DNA of 64,000 nucleotides from assembly GCA_013239625.1 (NCBI GenBank), contig MU054187.1, positions 22,137,280 to 22,201,279 on the forward strand, read 5' to 3'. The notes under the pieces were generated by a model. It made no database searches. It saw only the letters and a program-made list of their open reading frames with translations, and was not told the DNA's origin. Numbering within the stretch: position 1 is the first letter of the stretch; each line of letters opens with the position of its first letter. Source of the DNA: Lama guanicoe (lineage: Eukaryota). Below, in pieces: positions 51,273 to 63,419 of the stretch. Made by a program: the position numbers and the translations under genes.

Positions 51273-52449
51273 GCCTCCTCTCACTCTGTTTACCTGGGAA
51301 ATCAGTGAAATGTGCGGTAGAAATTAAAGAGATGTCGTCCAGGCTTTAGAAGGTAAGAGAGCCAGTGGGTTTATTCCCACCGGTATATCATCTGTATCCT
51401 TTAGGGCTGGAAGATTCCACAGCTGCGTGTCTTCCATTTAACCCGCTGTAAGCAGAGAGCGAGACGTAGCTGCATTACCGAAGTTGGTGCTCAGTTGGGG
51501 GCTGTCCACTTCCCCTCAAATAGGAACAGGCCGTGGTGGGGAGTGAGATAGGTAAGCGGAAGTTATCCTATATCAGCACATCCTAAAGAGCATTTTACAA
51601 AACGCTTACAGGAAATTTCCTTAGTCCTTTATAGACGGACCCTTCCCAGACTTGGTAACAAGACGACTTCTTCAGGATTTGTCTGCTAGGTGTTTCCTTG
51701 ACAGGCCACTGTTTTTATCCCTTTGTTTTCATACTAACATTATATTTTCCTCATACAAATAATTTTGAATTGTCATGGTTTTTATTAACCCTAATCAATG
51801 GCATTATAAAAGGGTGACAATGGCCACAGCGTGCCTATCACCTGGCTTAGTGCCAGCACGGCAGAGATCAATCCTCTGCATTTTGGAAGCCCGGAGTGAC
51901 ACACTTGGTGGATGGCCACTAAAGTTATAGTGTGGGGTCCCAAAGAGACTGCAAGTAAGAGAAAATCCTGTCACTTGACTCAGGCCATAGAATCTAGCAC
52001 GCGATTTTCCTCAGCAAAAGGGACATTTTCCACATAGCCAGGTGACACGGGTTCTTGAAACATGAGTTTTCATTTATAGAATAAACTTCTCCCTTTGAAG
52101 ATTTGAGATACTCGAGTGGCTCTGAAGGGCATCTAACGAGTCTCTTTTTCCCCTTATCTTCCGTCTTTAACACCTGGTGCCAAACTATTCCTAACTCTGA
52201 AACCATACGTTATTTTTTTCCTGAAAACATCTCTTCAAGTTTTAAAGAGACATACAGAGCCTCATCATGGCTCCTGTTGTTGAAAATAAAGCATCATCTT
52301 CTGATATAAAATGACCACTGGTATCATAATCTAATGCTTTTATTTTCAGTTAAGGATTGATTCCTTTCTAGGACTAAATCTCTTTTCAAGTAAATGAATG
52401 ACCACTTATGCATCCAGTAACGCATCCTAAAAATTTGTACTGAATACTT

Positions 52450-52469
52450 TTAAAAAGTAGATATTTTAT

Positions 52470-52500
<31 letters not shown>

Positions 52501-52639
52501 GTCATTATTATTGTTGTTTTGTTTTGGGGTTGAAGTAATTAAGTTTACTTACTTACATATTTATTTTAGTGGAGGTGCTGGGGACCGAACCCGTGCATGC
52601 TAAGCATGTGCTCTACCACCGAGCTCTACCCTCCTGCCC
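52450..52639 (-). mobile_element. Vic-1-type SINE with a long poly-T
   Basis: Perfect 14-bp TSD tgtactgaatactt at 52436-52449 and 52640-52653. Confidence 0.92.
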
Positions 52640-53208
52640 TGTACTGAATACTTATGTTCTGTACTAAACAGACTATCCAGCACAAACTGGGGCTGGAGTA
52701 TGTCCTGACTCATTTATAAACGGATGGAGGTGAGACTGATGACTAGTGAGATAGATCGTTAGAGATACTGAACGCAAACTAGGGCGGGGGGGAGGACAAA
52801 AAACATCAGAAGTCTTCAGAGAGAAGAAAAGCAGATGGCTCTTTGATCTCCTACCCCTTTTCTACCCACCCACCACGTTTCACATTTCTCCCCTCGTTTA
52901 TATTGCTTAGAAAGCTGCTTTCTTTTTAAAGCACCCTAGATACCCACTGAGTGCCTGCGTACATTGGCAGTTGCCTGATAATCACAAGGATAAATGACCA
53001 ATGTTAAAATAGAACAGTGAAGGCAACGATTGCTTATAAAATTCAGCAGAGTAAACGCAATGAACATGAAGCCAAATTTGCTTTTGTAGGGTACTCCAAA
53101 AAAGAATGATGTGTCTTTAGAGAGGCACCTGCACCTCTATACTCCTAAAAGAGGAAGAAAAGCACCCTTCTCACGGCGACCACTCTGTTTTTCTTCTCTG
53201 CAGCATTG

Positions 53209-53222
53209 GCGCCCCCTTCCAG
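53209..53222 (-). promoter_or_regulatory. CTCF-like motif
   Basis: Minus strand CTGGAAGGGGGCGC, with two deviations from CCRSYAGRKGGCRS. Confidence 0.35.
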
Positions 53223-54485
53223 CTCCGGACTGAGCATGACAGCCCCAGGGAAGAAGCCCTGAGCAAACCAAGCACTCCGGCTCTGCTACAGCTGTGAATT
53301 CCTCCAGAGGAAGGGGTGTTAGGTTAATGCTTATCATCTAAGGGTGCAAATAAGCATCATGACGACAGGACAGCATTTCAGCCATGGCTTTGTTATTGGG
53401 GTCATTTTCAATGATGTTTTTAATCCGAAAACAATAAAAATGACAACTGGGTATTTTTAAGGTTTAACAGCTGAGAATTGACCAAATTATATTTACCTAA
53501 GGGAAAAAAAATTAGAGGAAAGAACCCCACCTGTGGTGAGAAAGTATTAGCTTCACCGTGGACCTTAGTACCTATTATCTCAGCACCGTCATCTGCCCCA
53601 CAGACAGGACGTGCAGGACTTCTGAAAAATAGAATGATGGTCCTCCTTTGAGCAAAACCTAACTTCAACCAGGACACCCGGTTTTCCTGTGTGTGGCTTT
53701 CCTTCAGCAAATGCGATGTTGCCATGTCCCCTTCACGTGGAAACAGAATATAATTCTACGTTGAAGCCAAATAACAGAGGGTATCTGCACGTGCCTGCCT
53801 GTGGAGACGAGCCGCCAAGCTGTCCTCTTTTTCTTTCCCTGTCTTGGAGCTGCCTGCCATGGGTGAGGGTGACCTGCTTTTTCATTTTGTAGAAGAATGG
53901 AAGCTTCAAAAAGGATAAGAGACTTCTCTTTGGTTTTAAAATTTACGCGTATGGGATTTCCAAGAATTTTCTGATCTTATTCATTGACCAACCTCGAATT
54001 TTAGAGAATCGAAATTTCTCTTGGTCAGAAGGTGGCTAAAAAGTGGTAACTGGTTAATCGTGACCATATCTATGACAGACTCATTGAAGAAAAGTAGGGA
54101 GAAACAACTGTTTGCAGATTTTACAAGTTTCCAGAAAACACCAAATCAGAGGAAGCCGTTGTTTGGTTTCTTGGAATTTGTTCCTCTTTTTCAAAATGCC
54201 AGCCCTGGCTGCAATTATGGGCATGCGGTTTTCTGAAAAAAACTCTCTGACAGCTTTTGACTATTATTCAGATCTTCTCTATCTCAGAGTAAGGAGCTAT
54301 TAATGTTTATTCTGAAGGGGAAAAGGATGTAACTGGAAACCCAGGCTCCCGCAGTTAGAAAGCCACTGTGCAGGGTGTTACTGTCTTCAGCTGAGTCCCA
54401 GTTCCACAACTCTCTGCTGAAGGTTTCTTCCTTTGGTTTTTGGGCTGATTCCTCTTAAGGCATTTGAGGTATTTGCATAACCCAT

Positions 54486-54499
54486 GCGCCATCTAGTGG
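54486..54499 (-). promoter_or_regulatory. Consensus CTCF core motif with adjacent octamer (ATTTGCAT, 54471-54478)
   Basis: Minus strand CCACTAGATGGCGC, a full match to the CTCF core, in unique sequence with its CpG retained. Confidence 0.65.
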
Positions 54500-54799
54500 T
54501 AACTGTTGAAAAAATAAAATCCACCCAGAAAAACAAAACCTGAGAGCCTTTCAGAGAGGACAACTGAGGAATGTAGTGCTTTGTCTCTGAGGTTACGCTT
54601 AATGAGACATACTATTTCGTATAACGAATCAACTTGAAATTATTTTTGATAACCTTTGAGCTGGATTTATCCAGTGGATTATCTATGACAAGGGGGAGGA
54701 GGGCTTCTGGATTTTTTATGTTAAAATTCTTTAGAGGCAAATCCTATTGTGTTTTAGATCAACTGGTAATCACTGCCCCTTCACACTCTCAACAGAGCA

Positions 54800-55010
54800 C
54801 AGTAGGTCAGGGATTAAGTGCTCAAACTGTGGGACCAAACCAGTTGGGGTCAGATTTCTGGCTCTGTTTCCAATACCTGAATGACCTTTGGCAAAATTAG
54901 CTAACCTCTCTGGTCTCCTGGAACCCTTTTCTGTAAAAAAAAGATAAAATAAGAAAACACATGTTAAGCGCTTACAGAAATGCTCGATCCATATTAACTA
55001 CTCATTAAAC
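54800..55010 (+). mobile_element. MIR
   Basis: tgacctttggcaaaattagctaacctctctgg...ctgtaaaa. Confidence 0.65.
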
Positions 55011-55171
55011 TTTAGTATTATTAATTATTATGAAACAAATCAGAAAAATGTGTAACAATTTCATAGTCACCCAGTTCTCCAATCAAATTAATATAAAAAG
55101 CTAAGTTTTTTCCCACTAACATCATAGGCCTGCCGTTAGCTGTGGCTAGCTGCTCCCAGAATAGAATTTAC

Positions 55172-55189
55172 AAATTCCCATGGGAATTT
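55172..55189. promoter_or_regulatory. Perfect 18-bp palindrome containing the optimal EBF/COE site ATTCCCNNGGGAAT
   Basis: aaattcccatgggaattt. Confidence 0.4.
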
Positions 55190-55609
55190 AAAAGGCCCTT
55201 CAGGGTCCACTTGACCCCACTTAGTAATTCAACAGTAGTACATCTTTCAGACAATGGACGTGGAAGGGGTGTTGGCAAGACGGAATTTCTATCTCAACAG
55301 ACATGGGCCCAAAACACTCTCCTCTTTCTCAGTCTTTTCATGGATACTGGCCCATTCTCCAAAGGTTCACTAAACTATTTTTCTACTTTCTACTGATTGT
55401 TCTTGAGCCAGTCCACTGTTCACTACTGGATAATAAACAAGGGAGAGTTACATTCAAATACATTCTAATTTATTTCACTATTCTGGTTGCATGAGAAGTC
55501 AAAGAGGAGGAAAGCAGTTGAAATCTCTATCTGTTGAACAAGGCTCTTTGGGAGAGAGATCTATGCTAGATGCCGTTTTATTGATGGAAAGTTAGAAGAG
55601 CAGAATGCA

Positions 55610-55805
55610 TAAGACAGATAAACAGCAAGGTCCCACTGTACAGCACAGGGAGCTGTATTCAATACCTCGTAATAGCCCATAATGAAAAAGAATATGAAAA
55701 GGAATATATGTATTCCTGAATCTCTATACTGTACACCAGAAATTAACACAACATTGGAAACCGACTAATTTTTAAATTTTTTTAAACTTAAAAAATAAAA
55801 AAAGA
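55610..55805 (+). mobile_element. L1 3'UTR fragment
   Basis: TSD agcagaatgca at 55599-55609 and 55806-55816. Confidence 0.88.
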
Positions 55806-56134
55806 AGCAGAATGCAGGTGCTGCTGAAAGAATTGAGGTCCATAGCAGGTGTTTTGGGGGAAAGTGCCTGGACAGTGCTGGGGCAACAAGTGAGGATGGA
55901 CTGTCTGGACATGAAAGACCTTGACTGGCATCCTCTCTTCTCTGTACTTTGCCTCAGCCTGGGGCCGGCCACTGATAAAATGCTTCTAAAGCACATTCTC
56001 AGTGACTACGGCTCTATCACCAACTGCAAACTAAATTGGCTCCTTGCTCTTTGATTTATTCCACCAACATTTATGGAGCATCTGCTTCACAACCGTCATT
56101 AAGTGGTTTTTCCATATGTAGAAAGTAGTGAATT

Positions 56135-56320
56135 GGGGGAGGGTGTAGCTCAGTGGTAGAGCACATGCCTAGCATGCAAGAGGTCCTAAGTTCAATTCCC
56201 AGTACCTCCATTAAAAAATAAACATGTAAATAAACCTAATTATATCCCCCATTAAAAAAATCATACAGACAAAATTTTTAAATTTTTAAATAAAATTTTT
56301 AAATAAATTAAAAAAAATTT
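56135..56320 (+). mobile_element. Vic-1-type SINE
   Basis: gggtgtagctcagtggtagagcacatgcctagcatgc...agtacctcca. TSD aagtag(t/c)gaatt at 56123-56134 and 56321-56332. Confidence 0.93.
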
Positions 56321-56359
56321 AAGTAGCGAATTACTAGCAATACGGCAATGACTTTCTAT

Positions 56360-56753
56360 TGTTGATGAAAAATAGTTAATATAAGAAAGAAATAGAAAAT
56401 TGCATTCTAGCCAATCTGAGGATTATCACCTGGAAGACAGTCTTCCAGAAAGTTCTGAGGACTGTTCTGCCCGTTAGAGGTCAGAGCACAGTTATATACG
56501 TCTTTGAGACAAAGGGTGGTCCATCAAATGGCATATTGACATTTCACACGGTCCAGACCTGCATGTAGAAAGTGAGTCGTAGGTCATCCTGGCCCCTTAC
56601 AAGACTGAGAAGGAAAGTTATCTCCTAAGGAGGTCTGGTTAATGCAGATGCACAACACACACTGAAGAGGAGGGAGGAGGCCCAAATGGGCAGAGAAAAT
56701 TTCATATTTAAATTTTTCTTGTCTTGCTATAAAATATGAACTTTATTTTGTCA
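56360..56753 (-). mobile_element. ERV1-class solo LTR
   Basis: TG...CA termini with a perfect 4-bp TSD ctat (56356-56359, 56754-56757). Confidence 0.8.
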
Positions 56754-57323
56754 CTATTCTTTGCATTCTTAGTGTTAAAATATGCTCTGCCTATTTAAAC
56801 ATTCATTCAACAAATATTTATTTAATACCTACTGTCTACTAAGTACATGTGTTTATGACCCACTGGGATTCAGTGACCTCGATGGTGACCAGTGACCAGT
56901 TTACACTGGGGCGGAGTGGTCCGGGGGGTAGGGGGAGGTGGTGTAAGTTAATGTGTAAAACAAACAACAGGAAAAAGACTAGATTGTAATAAAGGCTAGT
57001 TTGATGTGATTGGTCAGGAATGAACACTTTTTGAGAAATTTAAATTTATTCTAAGATCTGAGCAAGAGCAGCTAGTCATGTAAACATCTGTCATATAAAT
57101 ATCCTTCCAGCAGAAGGACCAGCCAGTAAAAAAGACAGAAACAAGACTGGCACGCTCAAGAGACAGCTTTCCCCAGATGAAAGTTTTCTCCACTTCTCTT
57201 TCTGAGTTCCCTGCCTGTTCTCCAGGAGAAGGGATTATTTTGCAGCAAGTAGTCTCTGACAACTCAACTAATTTCCTGCCTAATTCTGAACATGTCACTA
57301 AGAAGAGTTGGATGGAGTATGTT

Positions 57324-57886
57324 TGTTAGGCAGTTAGATAAGTGGAGGCACGGGGCAGATAAGGTGGAGGAGAGGGCGGATGGTCTGGAGGATGGCAGTC
57401 TGCTCACATCCAGCATAAAGCAGCTTTATTTCCTCTAAATGAGTGCCAGCAAGAAACCAGTTAGAACCTGAGGACCACAACTATGAGGTAGCGAGAAGGA
57501 CTTCACCGGACATGATCCAATATTCATTGTAATATAATCAGCATTGCGGTACAGGCCCTCCCCTCCATGGGTCTTTCTGTGTGCACCAGGGGTAAGGACA
57601 GGCACGAAGGGGAAAGCACGTGACCAGCCCTCCAGGGGCAACGGCTGTCAATCAATCAAGAGACCCCCTCCAAGCGAGGGTGTAAGGGGACAGAGACCAT
57701 TGCCATCCGCCCTTGGATCAGCCCACCTCCCATTCTTGAAGGTGTACTTTCCCTTTGCTAATATAACCTTTAAATTCCTTCACTACACAGTGCTTCTGTC
57801 TCCCTCCTGAATTCTTACCTTTCAGGTAAGACAAGAACTGGGGTCTTTTCCTTTATCCCTTTTGAGTAAAACATCCTTTGTCAACA
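57324..57886 (+). mobile_element. ERV solo LTR
   Basis: tgttaggcag...tgtcaaca with TSD atgtt/ttgtt. U5-like gtgtactttccc...tgaattctt...gacaagaac. Confidence 0.7.
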
Positions 57887-59429
57887 TTGTTCTAGACCTA
57901 TAAAAAATGGCCTAGAAAAAGCATACAATTTCTTTAATCAACTGCTGTTGTTATTGTTTTAGCATTCCGGTTTTATGCTAGCCACTTTGCATCCATGACG
58001 TTGTTTAGTGCTCACATCACTCATGATAAGGAAAGAAATATCTCTGTTTTATATAAAAGTAAACCAGGGCACTCAGCTATTAAGTGGCAATGCTGAGATT
58101 CAAACTCAGATTTTTCTAGGACCACCATAAAGGCTGTGGAAGTAGCCATGAGCAATGCTGATCTACTCAGAAACAAGCTCCCATCTCTGGGCACCACGCA
58201 GGGGCTAAGAGATAAACAGGGATCTCCAGCTATGCACCTACTACCAGCCGCCACCACACACACACACACATACACAGAAATCTTCAGCTGTCTAAACTGT
58301 CCTTATTTTTGTTGGGTGATAGATGGTCCAATGTAACTTTGAGGATCACTGGTACTGCTCTACAGAGAACATTTTATTTGTCTAGAAGATTGAGGACACA
58401 GAAGTTAAGAAAAAATATATGAAAAGAAGAAGAAAACATCTTTGGGGTGTGCAAAATGGGCAAAAAAAAAAAGTACCAATTAGGTTTAATGTTGAAAAAG
58501 AAATAGCAGTTTCATTAAAAAAAAAAGTCAAGTCTGACGTCTCAAGAAGTTTCTCATGTAAATGGAGAACAAATAAGTGTAAGGAACTGTCTTTACTCAG
58601 GTGAGAGATTCTTGGAGAATTATGGTTTACATGTTGGAAGAGGAAGCTGAGAAAATCCAGAGTATCAAGAAAGCCATTGAACAATGACCATTCGTTGAGA
58701 CCTTTATCAATTTAGAATGGTTCACGGAACTAAATTTTGTGGGAATTTTTTTAAACTAATCTGCCATTTGACATGCAGCTTGAACTGCAATATCAAGTAT
58801 ATTGTGGACCTAAGAGTAGTTCTTTGAATAAGTGGAGCATCCAGATGTCCTAGGAGACAAGAGTCAGAGAACATTAAAAGAAAAAAAACTGTAGAATGGT
58901 GCAGAGTATAGTCTATTATCTGTTAAACACAAACCAATAGACATTTTTAAATGATCATACCTATGACCTTCCCTTTGATGGGAGCCCCTGGGGAAATTTA
59001 CAGTAGAGCTGGAAGGGTATATTGTCTCCCAAATCTCCAAATGAAAGCCTGTCAGTAGCAATACACACTGCTTGACTGCCGGCCGTCCCCATACCTGTGT
59101 AATCAGGCAGGGAATCCATGGCTCACAGCCCTGTGTTGTGAACCAAGCACATCCTCTTCAAAGGAGACCATGGCGTTGTATTTTTATAATTGCTCTTTTG
59201 AACCACAACTTACTGAAACAAGATAGCTTCCCTCATAGATAGCAAATCCTGTCTTGTATAAGCAAACCAATTCTGTTAGCTTTGGTAGATTTCAGTTTCT
59301 CCAAATCAAAAATGCTTGATAATGTTTTTTAAACAAGTGTTAACACTTGATTTGGCTTGTAGCCTATTCATCAGACATACATTCTTGGATGTGTACACAG
59401 GAACCATGTAAATCATATACTATTCATAT

Positions 59430-61200
59430 CCTTAGAGAGATATTGGATATTGAATCAAGGAACAACAGGGTTGTTTTTTTGTTTTTGATTTGTTTTTGTT
59501 TTTGTTCTTGTTTTTTAATAAAGGAACATAACAAGTAAAAGTTTTTTGGAAAATAAATAAAATATTTGAGGCAGAAAAATATTCATCAAAAGGGCTTAAA
59601 GATAAAGAAATCTGACTGACAGGTCAAATGTCTAATAATTGCAGTTGCCAAGGAATAAAGAAGGCAGATGAGAAGGAATTATAGAAGCCCATAAATCAAG
59701 AATATTTCGCAGAACTGAAGGAATTGAAATCCAGACTAAAAGACTCAGTGATCCCCCAGTGTGATGAACAGCAGCAAGAAAATAACATACCTAGCAGTCA
59801 TCGTCATGAAATTTTACATTGGGAACGAAGAGAAGAACCCAAAACTTTCAGAGAGTCATCTATTAAGGATGTGGTGCATCCTTAATGTGGACAACACTGT
59901 ACCCCTAAGGCAACACTAGAAACTTGGAAAGGAAAAAAAAGGGCCACATCATCAAATTCTTTGCAAAAGGCATTTTCAGACCCAGCCAAGCTACTAACCA
60001 AGAACAATGGTAGAATAAATACCTTTTTGAACATCCAAGGTTTTTGAAATTTCACCAAGGTATTTGATGCCCCAGTTCTGGAATTTTCTAGGAATTTCTG
60101 GAGGTTGTTGTCCGTCAAAGTAAAAGAATAAACCAAGAAGAGGAAGATGTGGGATCCAAGAGGACAAAAAGGAAATCTAACACAGAAGAACATGAAAGGG
60201 AATCCCTTGATGACGGAAAAAAATGTCCAGGGTGAAAGCAACCAGTGCAGGTGGGAGCAGCATGACTGGAGGAAACGTCCAGAAGAGAACAAGCAAGCAA
60301 GGACGTGAAGGTGATAGATTTTCTATTGTATTTGAGAGGAAAATAAAAAGCATTAAAAAAACATCTGGGAGAATTGAGAAGAACAGAGAATAAGGCACCT
60401 AGAAAAATAAGCAAATAAAAAAATAGTTTGCTTAGGAGGAAGACACAAACTTGTACAAGAATAGAACTATAACTGCAGCACATTACGTGAATCATAACAA
60501 AGTGAACAGTGACTATTGATTTAACCGAAACTCGTGACAGTTATTAATGGGCAGAGAATGACGTAAGACAGCAAAATCCTCATCTGTGTAAAAGGAGGCA
60601 GATAGATACTGCTCAGTGTCTTAACACAACACCGTATTCCAGTTAAAGGAAGTTCAGCTCCTTGGAGAAATGCCTCATCTCAGGTCTGGAGAAAGAAATG
60701 GGCAAAGTGGGCCCGGGACAACTCATCACACCTAAGAACCAGGGTGCTACCAAAGGCCACCGAGTGGTGGCTCCAGGGTTCAGAGTGCTGGTCTCTCCAC
60801 ATTTGTATGTGCTTGACTTTTTTCATTATAAAAAGGTAAAAAAAAAAAAAAAAGAAAGAGATGAGGTGTAGGATGGGAAGGAAATAAAGAGAACTTTTCT
60901 AGTAAATGAACCTCAGTCCTGTTGGAATGTTTTACAGTGAGAATGTAAATGTATGTATTCTTCATGCAATGTTTAATTAATTTAACTTTGGGTTAAAATT
61001 TAAAAGAAACAACGGTGGAAGCATATTGCTTCTAAGTGTGAAATTAAACGCGGTGAAAACAGATGAGAGTTGCAAGCGCTGGTTAAAAAAAGTATAAGAG
61101 GGGGTGTGAAAAAGGGGGAGCAGGGAGCTGCTGTCTTGTTTGTGGACCTTTCGGTCTGATTTAGTTTTTAAATTATGGGCATATTTTACTTCAGTAAAAA
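59430..61200 (+). mobile_element. HAL1 (ancient half-L1) remnant
   Basis: Decayed ORF1-like sequence, then recalled HAL1 blocks aaaccaagaagaggaagatgtgggatcc, aaagggaatccc...gatga and the 3' end cagggagctgctgt. Confidence 0.7.
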
Positions 61201-61285
61201 CAAACTTTCATCTTACAATATTTTTAACAGAAGATAATGGGCTTTGGGATCACACAGACCTTCATTTAAAACTTGATTTGTGGCA

Positions 61286-61522
61286 GTTCGAAATTTGCAG
61301 ATACTAACTACTACCTACAAAGTAGATAAACAACGTTTCTTCTGTATAGCACAGGGAACTATGTTTAATATCTTATAGTAACCTACAATGAAGAAGAATG
61401 TGAAAACGAATATATGTGTGTATATGTGTGACTGAAACATGATGCTGTGCACCAGAAACTGACTCATTGGAAACTGACTGTACTTCCATTAAAAACAAAG
61501 CAAAACAAAGCAAACAAAGAAA
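61286..61522 (+). mobile_element. L1 3'UTR fragment inserted in a MIR (about 61240-61745)
   Basis: atttgcagatactaactact...agcacagggaactatg. TSD cttgatttg(t)ggca at 61272-61285 and 61526-61538. Confidence 0.87.
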
Positions 61523-62489
61523 ACCCTTGATTTGGGCATTTACTGGCTCAGAGGCCATGAACAGCGACTTAATCTCTCTCAATTTGTTCATCTATGACAA
61601 AGGTAAATGGTTAAATGTTAAAGGTTCAATGGTTAAAGGTTAAAGGTAACACATCCACCTGTGGAGTCCTGAGGCTTTAACGTAATGTATTTGAAGCACT
61701 TCAGCTCGGCGCATAGTCTGTACACGGTAGATATTATATTACTGTATTATATTAAGCACCTCTGCGGAAGCTGGGCTCTAAATCTGCTCAAAGCCAAGTC
61801 AGATGGGCAAAGACTGCCAAAATACAGCGAGGATGGGTGTGGACATTGGTGGGGGCAAGTCGTCCGTCCTCCTCCAATATAAGGAATAGAGAGAGTTGGA
61901 GGAATCCTTGTGTTTAATGGATGAGATGTTCTCAGAAGTCAAAGTCAAGTTTTCCTTATGAAAAGGTTACAGAGACGCTTTCTCCAAGACACAAGAATAC
62001 TAACAAAACTTTAATGATGGATCTAGACTAAACTAAACACTGGTGATTTGAGATCCCCAAACTCTTCTAATCCAATTAGGTAGTTGAAGCTTGAATTGGA
62101 TCACTAGGGAACTAAGAGTAAGTAAATTGGTTTTTCTACAATTTCAGTACATTGTTAACAGAAAGGCAGAGAGAAAAAAAAACCCTCAGATCAAACAAAT
62201 GATGTTTTCATATCAGTAAAACTAAATCAGAAAGACACAACTTTTATAGGTCTCAAATTTCTTTAAAATTAGTTATAATAATGTGTTGATTTTTTATACT
62301 CTATGGATAGGTTTGGTTTGTGCTTCTTATTTTAAGTTTTGTTTTAACAGAGAAGATGTAATTGACCGCTCCATGCTGACAATTTGTTCTTTCTCTCTCT
62401 CTCACACACACACAATTAATTCATGTCAGTCTAATTATCTGAGTGAAACTGCTCCCATCTTGCCTAGCAAATCAACTGCATTTTGAGCG

Positions 62490-62880
62490 GCTGTGATGGT
62501 CCCAGCTGGCTGGCTAACCTGCTTCCCCTTTCCTCCGCCCACCTTCATTCTAGAGGCTGGAAGAATTCACTTTTTAAAAAATTCTTTACAGCTCGAATAG
62601 TCATGTGACTGGTTTCCAACCAATGGCATCATGATGACGTAAGATGACATTTGGGGATTTCTGACAAAATTTTTACTCTGTTCCTCGCTTCCTACCTTGA
62701 AGGAAAATGTGGCTTCCATGGAGTGGACATCTTGAGACCATGAAAAGTCGCCATAACACACTAACAAAAGTGAAATAAGAAGAAGAAAAAGTAAGCCTGG
62801 GTCTTGGATGACAGAGGTGAGGAGGTGAACACATCCCTAACTATTACAGCAGAACTTTGGATTTCTTTCCTGTTTACTGA
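62490..62880 (+). mobile_element. Old ERVL/MaLR LTR (MLT1J/K- or LTR33-like)
   Basis: tcatgtgactggtttccaaccaatg, catcttgagaccatgaa, agcctgggtcttggatgac. Confidence 0.55.
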
Positions 62881-63219
62881 GGAAGGGTTTTTCCCTCATA
62901 TACCAAGATGCAAGTCTGTTTTATAAAACGTTACAAGGATGCCATCTAAATGACTCGTGAAGTTAAAAATGCGACTTTTTTTTAAATGCCACTTTTCCCC
63001 CAAAGATGTTAAGCGTGTTAAAGGTGCCACCATCTTATTTCTCGTCACTAAAATGAAGAAAGGAACATAAGAAGAAAAGGCAGAGGTGGGTTACACAGAT
63101 TATATATGTACTAAGTGGGTTCATGGTTGAGATGAGGTATGTTTGAATCATTGTAGGGTTTTTTCCCCAGTTCTTTGTATTACTTCCTATATTCATAAAA
63201 ATGCTTATTATCAATTTAC

Positions 63220-63355
63220 ATTTTTTTAATTTTGTTTTTAATTTGGGGGGGTTAAGTTTGTTTATTTATTTATTTTAATGGTGGTACTGGGGACTGAACC
63301 CAGGACCTCATGCATGCTAAGCACGTGCTCTGCCACAGAGCTATGCCCTCCCCCC
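63220..63355 (-). mobile_element. Vic-1-type SINE
   Basis: ggtactggggactgaacccaggacctcatgcatgctaagcacgtgctc...gagctatgccctccccc. Confidence 0.93.
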
Positions 63356-63419
63356 TCAGTTTATCTTTACTTTATATCCGCTTTACTCAATTTTAAGCTC
63401 TGGGAGTGCGCAGGTGCTT

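Noticed and set aside
51274..51551. Two apparent + strand exons with GTAAG donors
   Set aside because: The intervening intron would be only about 52 nt, and the first acceptor comes from an LTR end.
53190..53325. Strong + strand acceptor ttttcttctctgcag
   Set aside because: All three downstream frames hit stops and there is no good donor.
54616..54628. ttcgtata resembling a loxP arm
   Set aside because: Only an 8-nt match with no second arm, as expected by chance.
56135..56210. Apparent tRNA-Ala genes (also 23403, 44950, 63285 and others)
   Set aside because: They are SINE heads with extra 5' G/A bases, stem mismatches, a SINE body, an A-tail and often a TSD.
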